A stretch of 64,000 bases of DNA, from contig OX597837.1 of NCBI GenBank assembly GCA_951406725.2, positions 10,478,001-10,542,000 on the forward strand. The letters are read 5' to 3'. Under the pieces are notes generated by a model. It was not told the origin of the DNA, searched no databases, and was given only the letters and a program-made list of their open reading frames with translations. Source of the DNA: Octopus vulgaris (Eukaryota). Position numbers and translations under genes: made by a program. Below are positions 43,990 through 55,777 of this stretch, piece after piece; within the stretch, counting starts at the first letter, position 1, and the number at the start of each line of letters is the position of its first letter.

Positions 43990-44273
43990 TTGGCGTGACT
44001 GTGATAAAAAGCTTGCTTTCGAACTACATGGTCCCGGATTCAATCCCACTGAGTGGAACCTTGGGCAAGTGTCTTCTGTTATAGCCTCGGCCGAACCCAA
44101 GCCTTGAGAGTGGATTTGGTAGACGGAAACTGAAAGAAACCCGTCGTATGTATGTGTCACTTCTATCGGTCTGATTTGCCGAACCGCCAAGTTACGTTGA
44201 TATGAACACACCAGCATCGGTTGTCAAGCGTTGTTGGTGGGACAAACACAGACACACAAACGTATATATATAT

Positions 44274-44330
<57 letters not shown>

Positions 44331-44504
44331 TACAAATATAAGACGGGCTTCTTTTAGTTTCCGTCTACCAAATCCACTCACAAGGCTTTGATCGGCCCGA
44401 GGCTATAGTAGAAGACACTTGCTCAAGGTGCCAGGCAGTGGGACTGAACTCGGAACCATGTGGTTCGTAAGCAAGCTACTTACCACACAGCCACTCCTAC
44501 GCCT
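43990..44504. mobile_element. Inverted pair of SINE family A: + 5' half (~43990-44150) fused to a - copy (~44160-44504)
   Basis: gtggatttggtagacggaaactgaaagaaacccgtc vs gacgggcttcttttagtttccgtctaccaaatccac, and flanking blocks, are reverse complements. Confidence 0.85.
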
Positions 44505-45008
44505 ACTTGTATACTTAAATATTATTAAGTATTCTGTGAAGAAAAATTAAAACATTTTGTATATTGTAAAGGTATAACCGGTTTATTGCACAATTTTTGT
44601 TAACAAAATCTTATGTATGGACCCCTAAGGGTCATGTAGACCCCAGTTGAGAATCGCAGCTCGAGCTTAGTCGTAGAGAATTTTCATTAGTGATTGAAGC
44701 AAACTGTGGCATTTGCAGAGGTAGACGTCATAGAAGGGGAGAACATAGTGATTATATAATAGAGCGGTATAGACACTATGGAAAAGAGAGTGAAAACATT
44801 GATATACAATAGAGCTGTGCTAATACAATAGAAGCGACATACTATTTCATACAAAGCTATAGATACAAGTCAAAAGGCATAATATGAGAAGTAAATACAA
44901 TAACATGCTACATAATTCTTTAGACACGGCTCTTTATGTTCCGAGTCGAAACCCCGCCACGGTTAAGTTTGCTCTCGTCTGACTTCTGAGTGGATAAAAT
45001 CAAGTATA

Positions 45009-45167
45009 GGCGTAGGAGTGGCTGTGTGGTAAGTAGCTTGCTTACGAACCACAGAGTTACCGGGTTCAAGGCTTTGGTCGGCCCGAGGCTATAGTAGAAG
45101 ACACTTGCCCATGGTGCCACGCAGTGGTTGGAGAGCAAACTACTTACCACACAGCCACTCCTACGCC
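45009..45167. mobile_element. Chimeric inverted SINE A heads forming a hairpin
   Basis: ggcgtaggagtggctgtgtggtaagtagcttgct (45009-45042) pairs with agcaaactacttaccacacagccactcctacgcc (45134-45167), 33/34. Confidence 0.9.
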
Positions 45168-45309
45168 CATCCATCCATACATACATATATACATACATCA
45201 TACATACATACATATATACATACATCATACATACATACATATACATACATACATACGATTGCTAGTTATGTAGCTCTAAATAAGAAACCCGTGTGCACAT
45301 TTGTCATCT

Positions 45310-45568
45310 GGCCCTCGTGCCGGAGGCACGTAAAAAGCACCATCCGATCGTGGCCGTTTGCCAGCCTCCTCTGGCCCTGTGCTAGTGGCACGTAAAAAGC
45401 ACCCACTACACTCACGGAGTGGTTGGCGTTAGAAATGGCATCCAGCTGTAGAAACACTGCCAGATCAGACTGGAGCCTGGCGCAGCCCACTGGCTTTCCA
45501 GACCCCAGTTGAACCGTCCAACCCATGCTAGCATGGAAAGCGGACGTTAAACGATGATGATGATGATG
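45310..45568 (+). mobile_element. Family C retroposon (SINE or LINE tail ending in (GAT)n; RTE-like)
   Basis: ggcacgtaaaaagcacc x2, ggttggcgttagaaatggcatccagctgtagaaac, acccatgctagcatggaaagcggacgttaaacgatgatgat. The short tandem tail is typical of RTE-clade mobilisation (inference). Confidence 0.8.
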
Positions 45569-46063
45569 TGTGAGGAATGAAAAGTCCGGATGCATCAATT
45601 TTGTTGTCGCCAATCAAAAAAAAAAATTTATAATTGTTCATTAATTTCCAAGAAATTTAATAACAATTACATCAACAACACACACACACACACACAATAA
45701 AATTAATTTGCAAAACAAAAAAATTTGAAACCTATTGCATCTACAGACAATCAGAATTTTTTTTTTTTTCCTAATATTTGTTTAACAATTTAATTAATTA
45801 ATCATTAGACATGTAATGAAAAATGTTTATCCGTCTAAATCTTGTTCTGCAGACGTCTTTTGAAGCCAGACTAATAAATGTGATTCGTTCAGGATGTAAA
45901 TACGACTGGAAGCCAGCTGCAACAAGACATTTCTAAAACTTCAACCTCACCAAAAACATTAGTTTTTGTCTGTGTAAGGACGAGTAACGATGGAAATGTT
46001 TAATAGATAAACTCCAGCAATTGTCCTTCGAAGGGTTGTCATTTTCTAGAGATTTGATAAATA

Positions 46064-46120
<57 letters not shown>

Positions 46121-46178
46121 CATTATACAACATAGCCTCAGCCAAGTGACTGCAACAAGTAAAAGATTATACACCTGC

Positions 46179-46239
<61 letters not shown>

Positions 46240-46344
46240 AGTGTGTAACGGGAAGGTTTACGAAAATAAACAAAAGACGAAGGCAGGTGGAGTACAAACA
46301 AACAAATGTATTAGTATGGCGCTCAGGAATAGAAATAGAACAAG

Positions 46345-46382
46345 TCTTTTACGTTTCGAGCCTACGCTCTTCTTCAGAAAGA
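46345..46382 (-). ncRNA. Minimal type-I hammerhead ribozyme (Penelope-like element type)
   Basis: Minus strand reads UCUUU CUGAAGA A GAGC GUAG GCUC GAAAC GUA AAAGA: stem I UCUUU/AAAGA, core CUGAnGA, stem II GAGC/GCUC, GAAA, palindromic ACGU stem III and a GUA cleavage triplet. Confidence 0.7.
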
Positions 46383-46537
46383 TACACAGAAAAGAAACAA
46401 GGAGAGAAAAAATGCGTGTAGGAGCTAACGGTCTATCATGGCGTCCTCACACACACATATACAGCAACATGTGAGAGTCGGATAAAGAAAATCCTGCAGA
46501 ATACTGTGTGCAGCCCATTCACAAGTACTGGCTACCT

Positions 46538-46857
46538 CAGTATTTCACGACTGGAGTCCATATAATCACTGAGGGTCCAAATTAGGTTCTAGGGGTTATG
46601 CGCAAGCAAAATAGCCAAATTAGGGGCCCAATGTAATATATTAAGGGCCCATGAAAATATTTTGATTTTGATGTGTTTATTGGAAGAAACAGCTTGGATT
46701 CGTTCTCTAACGTTTTATAGAGTTCACCCTACACAGGTTTCTATTAAAGTAGCATCTATAAAGCTAGTTTTTTTAAACATGGAATGACTACGGGAGTCCC
46801 CTAGAATAGAGTGGTAATCAAAGGGGTCTATAGATAAAAAATGGTTGAGAACAACTG
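46538..46857. mobile_element. hAT-like MITE
   Basis: Termini cagtatttcacgac ... gttgagaacaactg; TSD ggctacct / ggctagct (7/8). Related end fragments at ~44620-44660 and ~53245-53270. Confidence 0.75.
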
Positions 46858-46895
46858 GGCTAGCTGATGTCAGTGTACAGTAGAAATGCACATTT

Positions 46896-46932
<37 letters not shown>

Positions 46933-47136
46933 CCTAGGAGATGTGGACGACAAAGATAGCAATTGTTCTCGTAGAAAATGGTGCAATTCTGAACTTGCCC
47001 TGCAAAAATTTGATAGAAGGAGGAGACCCTGTCAGTTACCAGGCTGCAGACAGTTGCAAATTAATTATCGACTTCTGCATTTTGCTAGAATTTTTATCTG
47101 TTTCACCGTTCCTCTTTGTGTGTGTGTGTATGCGAA

Positions 47137-47420
47137 GGCGCGTGGCTCAGTGGTGAGAGCGTCGGGTTTACAATCATGAGGTAGTGAGTTCGATTCCCGG
47201 AGCAAGACACTTTCTTTCACGTTGTTCCAGTTCACTCAGCTGCAGAAATGAGTTACAGAGTCACTGGTGCCAAGCTGTATCGGCCCCTTTGCCTCCCCTT
47301 GAAGATGGGAAGCATGAGCAACTGCTAGTCTTCCTTAAACAACCTTGCTCGAACCTGTGCCTCGGAGGGTAACTTTCTAGGTGCAATCCCATGTGCATTC
47401 ATGACCGAAGGGATCTTTAC
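47137..47420 (+). mobile_element. tRNA-derived SINE, family D
   Basis: A box tggctcagtgg (47143-47153) and B box gttcgattc (47188-47196); no tRNA acceptor-stem closure; followed by a non-tRNA body; flanked by (TG)n. Confidence 0.7.
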
Positions 47421-47660
47421 TTTTGTGTGTGTGTGTGTGTTTGTGTGTGTGTATAAACCAAACAATAATGGAGGACTATACATGTTCAAAATTACATGTG
47501 TAATAAACAAATTTTGGAAGATATACGTAATTTTCCATTTACCTGTCGAGGGAGTACCGTGTTATATATTTCATTATTAGCCACCAGATCTGTTTTATAC
47601 CAGAGTGTTAATAAGATACCTGCTTAGATTCCAAACCCCTATTCCTGTACGTTTTATATA

Positions 47661-47705
<45 letters not shown>

Positions 47706-48877
47706 CACACACATATATATAACTAAATATACAGAGAGACATATGCATATCCCCTTGTAGATATTCACACGCGCATGAATACATCTGAACCATATTCCAA
47801 AAATTTCAGTTATCTGATCTTAGTTAAAGTTATCGTACTTGATTCCTTTTTGTTAGAAGCTTTTTTCTTTTTAAATATTAAACACCCCTAGAGGGAGATT
47901 TCGTCCAGTAACTGCATGGATAATCTCAGTTAATGGAATTTTTATTGTGTTTCATTTTGTAATTCTTTTCTATTTAATTCTTTCAACTCATATTACATCA
48001 GCGGGACCCAACCGCATGTGTATTTAGTAAGGCAGACCTCTCCCCTGGGGTACTTCAGACTTTTTTCTGAGCCTTAGACTTTCTGAAAAAATATTTTTTT
48101 GTTTATATTTCCCAAATTTAAAAACTAAATGGGGTTAGGAGTATAAACGACAAAATATTATATAAAACTTCAGGTTAAGGAGAGATGGCAGATAAGCCTC
48201 AACGCTGAACGCAATTTTACTGGTTTCAGTCATTGAACTGCGGCCATGCTGGGGCATCGCCCTGCAGGGATTTAATCGAACAAATCCATCCCAGTATTTA
48301 TATTTTACTTACTCTAACGCGCTCTTTTTTTGTTGAACCTCTAAGTTACAAGAATGTATAAAACCAACACCGGTTGTTAAGCAGGGGTACAAAGACACAT
48401 GCATACACAAGTGTGTATGTGTATATATATATATACACACACACACACACATACATACATATTTGAAACACCCTGTATATACAAACATATATACACATAT
48501 ACACACACTCACACACACACCCATATGCATGCTCACACACATATATACACCCATACACATACACACCCACACTCGTATACACACTCACACATATATACAC
48601 CCACTCACACACGCTGCCACACACGCATATATATATATATATATACCCCCACATATACACAGTCACACATACATATATCTTCACACACACACACACACAC
48701 ACACACAAATGAGCTTCTTACCGTCTACTAAATCCCCTCATAAAGATTTGGATGGCCTGAGGCTAAGAGAATAGATGACACCTTGCTTGGTATGTTCGTT
48801 ATTATGAAAATGATATTAACCCCAAAACGAATTCACATCAAGAGAAATAATATACTTAGTAAAATTTTAAAACAGAA

Positions 48878-49320
48878 TCATCATCATCGTCATCAGCATT
48901 TAAAGTCCGCTTTCCATAATGGCATGGGTTGGGCGGTTTGACTGCGGACTGGCAAGCCAGGGGGCTGCACCAGGTTCCAATGTGATCTGGCAAGATTTCT
49001 ACAGCTGGATGCCCTTCCTAACGCCAACCACTCTGAGAGTGTAGTAGGTGCTTTTTTACGTTCCACCGGCACGGGAGCCAGTCGGACGGCACTGGCGACG
49101 ATCACGTTTGGATGGTGCTTTATACGTGCTAGCGGCACAAGAGCCACTCAAGGCAGGGGGGGGGCTGGCATCGACCACCTTCGGATGGTTCCTTTTACGC
49201 GTCACCGGCACGGGGAGCCAGTCAGGAGGCACTGGCAACGACCTACACATGAATGGTGCTTATGTATGCCACCAGCACGGGTGCCAGTCAGGCGGCTCTG
49301 GCATCGGTCACAAGTACAAT
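48878..49320 (-). mobile_element. Family C retroposon with ~4 internal 65-70 bp tandem units
   Basis: (CAT)n tail, ctggatgcccttcctaacgccaacc, then repeated caccggcacgggagccagtc...ggatggtgct units. Confidence 0.8.
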
Positions 49321-49651
49321 TTCCATTTTGATTTCGATTAAAAAATATTATTTATAAAACGATATTCAAAAAAAAAAACAAAGAAAAACTATAAACCGTT
49401 TAGCAATTGGGAAAATTAGTAGAAAATATTTAAATAATCAAAGCCGCAGAAATGGCAGACAGGTGAGGTGAAAATTTGTCTCAGGTAATAAAATGTTTAT
49501 AATATACGTTTAAGTATATTTTTAAGTATGGAGAACCATTTGTTCTTACTGAATAATTAAACTGACAATTAGCAATGATTGTCATTATCGAAAACCCGCT
49601 TTAATCTGGCAGACACCATGAGATATGAACAACATATCATTTATATATATG

Positions 49652-49699
<48 letters not shown>

Positions 49700-49704
49700 T
49701 ACGG

Positions 49705-49905
49705 ACTTCATTAGCTTAAAGCCGTTTCTGCCATAAGATGCCTGAGTAACACACAATTCCATCGTCGGAGCTTCGAATATTCGAAGCTCAGATTTATACA
49801 TTGCACTTCATATTCTAGGCTCCGACGAAGCTATTAGTGTAACTCAAGCACTCAGCAAACAGAACACTGCAACTTATAGCAGAGACAGCTGTGAGCTAAT
49901 GAAGT
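49705..49905. repeat. Inverted repeat of two diverged hammerhead-like (Penelope LTR-like) units with a 22-bp perfect palindrome
   Basis: acttcattagcttaaagccgtttctgccataag ... cttatagcagagacagctgtgagctaatgaagt; tcgtcggagc / gctccgacga; gagcttcgaatattcgaagctc at 49768-49789. Confidence 0.7.
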
Positions 49906-50084
49906 TCATTAAGGTAATTGTTTATTCTTTTGTCATCACATTTTCTTATTACTGCTCTTTACTCGACCAACGCTCCCTTCTGAATCATACGTGTATATAT
50001 ATACATATATTACACTAGTGGTCATCCGTCGGAGCGAAGAGGAGCGTCGAGTTATCCTTAACAATGACTGATGATAGTCCTTTA

Positions 50085-50400
50085 TTCTATTACTTGATTC
50101 AGTCATTCGACTGCGGCAATGCTGGAGCAGCACCTTAAAGGGTGATGTTCAAAGAAATCGACCCCAGCACTTACTGCTTGTAAGACTAGTATATATTCTA
50201 TCGGTATCTTTTGCCGAGCCACAATTTACGTGGACATAAACACACCAGCAGCGGTTGTCAAGCGATAGCAGGGTGGGCAAACACAGACACACACAAATAT
50301 ATAAATACGACGGGCTTCTTCCAGTTTCCGTCTACCAAATCCACTCACAAGGCTTTGGTCGGTCCGAGGCTATGGGTAGAAGACACTTGCCCAAGGTGCC
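50085..50400 (-). mobile_element. SINE family A copy lacking its head
   Basis: cagtcattcgactgcggcaatgctggagc ... gaagacacttgcccaaggtgcc. Confidence 0.85.
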
Positions 50401-50804
50401 AGCGTCAACCTCTCTCTCTCTCTCTCTCTCTCGCCCATAACATCTTGAATTCAGTGCCAAGAGCAAGTCAAGACGACAGGAGATGGGCAAGAATGTAGTT
50501 TGTGAGCAAGATGTCATGCTTCCATGATCTTGTGCCCTGCAGACCACAAGGCATTACTGCAGCTACTTTACCCACCGTTTAACCGTGACGGATTCTTCCA
50601 CAGAATCCATCAGGTCCGGTTCGCACTTGTATAAGCAGGAGGCCTCGGTATATTAATCAATCCATGGCTTGGACCCTGGCAGGTTCTACAACCCAGGGGT
50701 CAGAGCAGACATGGGAACAATATTGGCTCCACAATACGATTCAGTTTATAGTCATAAGTATTGTTGCTATTATGTTAAACTGCCCATAAAATCTTGTACC
50801 TGTG

Positions 50805-50997
50805 TTCCTTGCCTGTGCGGGTGGCACGTAAAAAGCACCCACTACACTCGCGGAGTGGTTGGCGTTAGGAAGGGCATCCAGCCGTAGAAACACTGCCAAA
50901 TCAGACTGGGCCTGATGCAGCCTTCTGGCTTCACAGACCCCAGTTGAACCGTCCAACCCATGCTAGCATGGAAAGCGGACGCTAAATGATGATGATG
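50805..50997 (+). mobile_element. Family C retroposon
   Basis: gtggcacgtaaaaagcacccactacactcgcggagtggttggcgttaggaagggcatccagccgtagaaac ... gcggacgctaaatgatgatgatg. Confidence 0.85.
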
Positions 50998-51539
50998 AAA
51001 CTGTCGTATGTCCAAATGCGTGTTTTTTTTTTCCCCCCAATATTTGTTTTTGCTTCCAATAGCCAACCGGTTCTTTCGGTCAAACTATCCTATCTCCAGC
51101 TGCTTTTGATGCCAAGATATCAAAAATTGTCAAATGGTAGTGCAACGGTTTTGCTATGGAATGGTTAAACTATTTTTTTCGTTTTCTGAAAAATCAACGT
51201 TTTGGACTTACTACACTTTTGCATAATAGCAACGACATACAGACAGACGTGCATTCATTCATATCACACAGATTAGCATACGTATGATGTGTTAATGATT
51301 GAATTTTATGTCGGGTCATAAAAAAAGCAATTTAACATCATTAAGCTGAAGAATTACTTTTAGAAGAGAGCACATCTATTATTGTTCTTTTACAATAGTG
51401 TTGTTAGTGACTTCGAAATGTTGGCCTGCTAGCCTTTGTCGGATAATGCAACGAAATTAGCAAGCCGAAACTTCGACTCACTTGTAACCCTTGTTAGTGT
51501 CTGTGCATATATGTATATATGTGTGTGTGTGTATGTATG

Positions 51540-51606
<67 letters not shown>

Positions 51607-52937
51607 ATGTATATAAACACACACGTAAAAATATGTAGATGCGCACGCAATTATACGTGTATTTGTGGGGGGGGGGGGGGCATGTGCACTTGTGTCTGGC
51701 TGTGGTTTTTGCATTTTTACATTTGCATTTTTTACATTTGCATTTTTGAACACTTGTAGGTCAGGTTAATTCCTTATTTAAGAAGCAGATGAGGGCATCC
51801 AGCGCTAAACCTGGTCACAATTCTTCTAACCGAGGAGTCGGGGAACTTTTCTAAATTACCCCAAAATACATTTATTTATGCTGTCGTTACCCCACTTGGT
51901 TTGAAAGGAAGAAAATCATAGATTCTTAGAATTCAAAAGGTTTATTGGGTCTGTTTTATTAAATCTATTTATTTGAATCTATTTTCCACGTCCATTACAT
52001 TGGACAGGTAAAGTGTTGCCAGAAGCAAAATTTCTGTCGTAACTAGGAACACGATTTTTGTACACCTACATATATACACACATATACATACATATATATA
52101 GTTAGTCTTCATTACCCCCCACTCCTGCTAGGAAGGAGGACCGTACATAGTACATAAAACACACACGCACACACAGGATACAGACATACAAATGGTCGTA
52201 GGTGGGTTGCCCAACAGATTGAAAGCATTTCTTCCAAAATCATTGGTAATAAGAATATTTATGGCCAACTGCTTCAAGACCCGATGCTTCTGTACACTGA
52301 AAGCCAATTCATATTTATACTAATAATTATCGTTGCTCTGGGGCTATGTCATTAAATATTTGACAATCTAGGAAAGCTAGAATTTCCAGGTATGGAAACC
52401 GACGGGGCAAACAAACTTCGCAAATGCAGTTTAGTTTGTTTGAGGAACAGTTAAAATATGCAAAACTTTTCCGAGGTTCATCAAGTTAGACTTATCGTTG
52501 ACGTTATTTAATTTCGTGCAGTACAGTTTTATTGTGAAGCAGTTCCTTGTAAGAATTCAAATAAGTAAAACTAGAAAGGAACATGCATGCAAACACGCAT
52601 ACAGCTTTCGTTTCTACCATGGGGCCTCTGTGAAGACATTTCTATTTTTGTATCTTAACTTTCTTCCTTTCCCTGGTCTATCAATTCTATCGTTTTCTTT
52701 TGTTCTTTATGATACAGACTAAGACACGAAATGTCAAATTCTCTTCTCTTCCTTTCTTTCTTTGGCGCATTAAACCTCACTTTACACTTCTTTGCTCTTT
52801 TTCGCTTTATATTTCAACGCTTTTCAGGCTCATATTTTTCATTTGTCTCATTCGGGCTAGTAATTTCTATTTGTTTCGTCTGTCTCTAATTTTACCTCGT
52901 GGTGTTGGTGTGATCTTCACACGCAGACATACATATT

Positions 52938-53246
52938 GCCTTTCATCCTTTCGGGGTCGATAAACTAAGTACCAGTTACGCACTGGGGTCGATGTAATCG
53001 ACTTAATCCGTTTGTCTGTCCTTGTTTGTCCCCTCTGTGTTTAGCCTCTTGTGGGTAGTAAAGAAATAGGTATTTCGTCTGCTGCTACGTTCTGAGTTCA
53101 AATTCCGCCGAGGTCGACTTTGCCTTTCATCCTTTCGGGATCGATAAACGAAGTACCAGTTACGCACTGTAATAGACTTAATCCGTTCGTCTGTCCTTGT
53201 TTGTCCCCTCTGTGTTTAGCCCCTTGTGGGTAGTAAAGAAATAGGT
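52938..53246 (+). mobile_element. SINE family B, 184-bp head-to-tail dimer
   Basis: gcctttcatcc at 52938 and 53122; junction aaagaaatagg|tatttcgtctg at 53070/53071. Confidence 0.9.
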
Positions 53247-53830
53247 CATGTGGACCCCTGTTCAGAATTACTAAGTTTCGGCGATCTCTTAATAAACTGA
53301 AGATGACTGTTTACATTGTAAAGAGTTCGGCAGTTGCTTTCACTTCATCTTTTGACTGCCATAATATTAATGTACATAGAGCGAAAGATCCAAGACTCTG
53401 GTATGAACTGTGTTTCCAACTCTAGTGCCTGAAGCTGAAAAATACAGGGATTTACTCAAGGAAGGTAGAGTTTCGTCTGTAAACAATTCTAAACTCAGAT
53501 ACGTTCGTAGGGGCCACAGAGGAAACCCTAAGGGGACATCATAATCACTTTCAGCTTTTGCCAAGCAAGGTAATGTTTCCACATGGCCGGATATGTTTTA
53601 CAGGAAGACACGGATTGCTGGACACCGTTTCAATGACAATGACGGCCCCTTCACAACAAATGACTGATATGAAAATAAGAAAGTACAAACGAACTGCCTA
53701 GATATACATGTGTGCCTATATGATTATATACGCATGCATATACATACCGGTATATACATATATATATATGCATGTTCATACACACGCACATATATACATA
53801 TATATTTACGCATAAATATATATATACGTG

Positions 53831-53878
<48 letters not shown>

Positions 53879-54279
53879 CATACACCAATACATACATACA
53901 TATATATATATGTATATATATATACACACATGTAAACACATATAAATATATATACACACATACATATATATATATATATATTATATATATTATATACATA
54001 CACCAATACATACATACATATATATATATGTATATATATATACACACATGTAAACACATATAAATATATATACACACATACATAAACATATATATACACA
54101 CACATACATAAACATATGTATTCACTTATACATAAACACATATATACACACTTACACATATATACACATACACATAAATATGTACACATACACAATGGAT
54201 ATATATATATATATATGCGAAGTTTCGCATGTACTATGCCATATATATATATATATATTTACATATTTACATACACAAT

Positions 54280-54345
<66 letters not shown>

Positions 54346-54686
54346 ATGCACAGACATACACATATACGACAGGCTGTGCTTTCAACCAGATCTACGCTCC
54401 GTGTTGTCGGTAGCCGAGGGCTATACGAGACAGAATTTAAAGGCGATTTAACCTCGTAGTCGACACACCACAGATTGGTTGTGAAATACAGATTCACTGA
54501 AAGGACCACATTTAGTCTTTATTATTTTTATTAAATGTTGATGAAGTGTTATTCGTTATGATTAGTAGACAACTTCTGGAAGATCGGTAATTCATGAAAA
54601 TTATATCTGAAACCTCCTCGTGGTTTTCGAGCAAACTCCTTAAGCACACATCCCTCTACCTATTAGACAAACACACACAAGTATAT

Positions 54687-54725
<39 letters not shown>

Positions 54726-55118
54726 AACACACGCACGTATATATATATAGATATATATAGATACATACATATATATATACATACATATATACACACATAT
54801 ATACGTACATATATCTATACATACACATGTATATACATATACATACACATGTATATACATATACATACACATGTCAGGGTGTGTACATACATATTTAATA
54901 TACTTATTATATGCATACATATATATATATATATATATATACATATGTAGAAACATATCCATATATATATATATATATATATATACATAACGAACACTTA
55001 AATCTTGCTTTTGCCAGTAAAAGCTACCGGGCATAATAAAACCATTGTTTTATGACATGAATATATATATATATATATATATATAATTGCATATATTTTT
55101 ACATATATATATATATAG

Positions 55119-55151
<33 letters not shown>

Positions 55152-55225
55152 AATAGACACCTACCAATTCCATATATAGGGCACTCATAGATACATAGGA
55201 AGATTAGTGTATATTTGTATGTACA

Positions 55226-55263
<38 letters not shown>

Positions 55264-55362
55264 CACATGACCCTCATTGTATGTACATTTACACATACAT
55301 ACCTACATGATTGTTCAGATATACACCAGCAGATGGTTCTCTGAATGTATGGTTGTATATAT

Positions 55363-55396
<34 letters not shown>

Positions 55397-55777
55397 ATAT
55401 ATATACATATATATATTACATACATCACACACACACGACCTGCCACGTTCCTGTAAATACAGCAGAATCAAAGGTGTTTTAAGTAATAACACACACACAC
55501 ACACACACGTGTGTGTATTGTGTGTGTGTTTTGGAGAGCATCGGGAAAACGGTTCCCCATATTTCCGACCCTTCCCTATCTCGCTTCTAATCACGCATAG
55601 ATCATTTTTTTTTTTTTTCGCCTTTCATCCTTTCAGGGTCGGTTCATTGAAGTAGCAGTCAAGTAATGCCTTATATCTAGTCGTCGTCCTCAATCCAATC
55701 CTCAACTCGAAATTGACGGCCTTGTGCCGAAATCAGAGAGCCTCATCATCATCATCATTATTATTATTATTATCTAA

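Noticed and set aside
45860-46045. Possible Penelope GIY-YIG C-terminal remnant (ATRHF; LIDKLQQLSFEGL)
   Set aside because: Similarity is too weak and interrupted to call by eye; it needs a profile HMM search.
47137-47200. tRNA gene, or let-7-like tgaggtagt
   Set aside because: A and B boxes are present but there is no acceptor-stem closure and it continues into a SINE body; the let-7 match is only 9 nt with no precursor hairpin.
53367-53582. 71-aa non-repetitive ORF; opposite strand has EKYRDLLKE reminiscent of an RLE domain
   Set aside because: No recognisable domain or splice context; evidence is insufficient for either a CDS or a LINE fragment.
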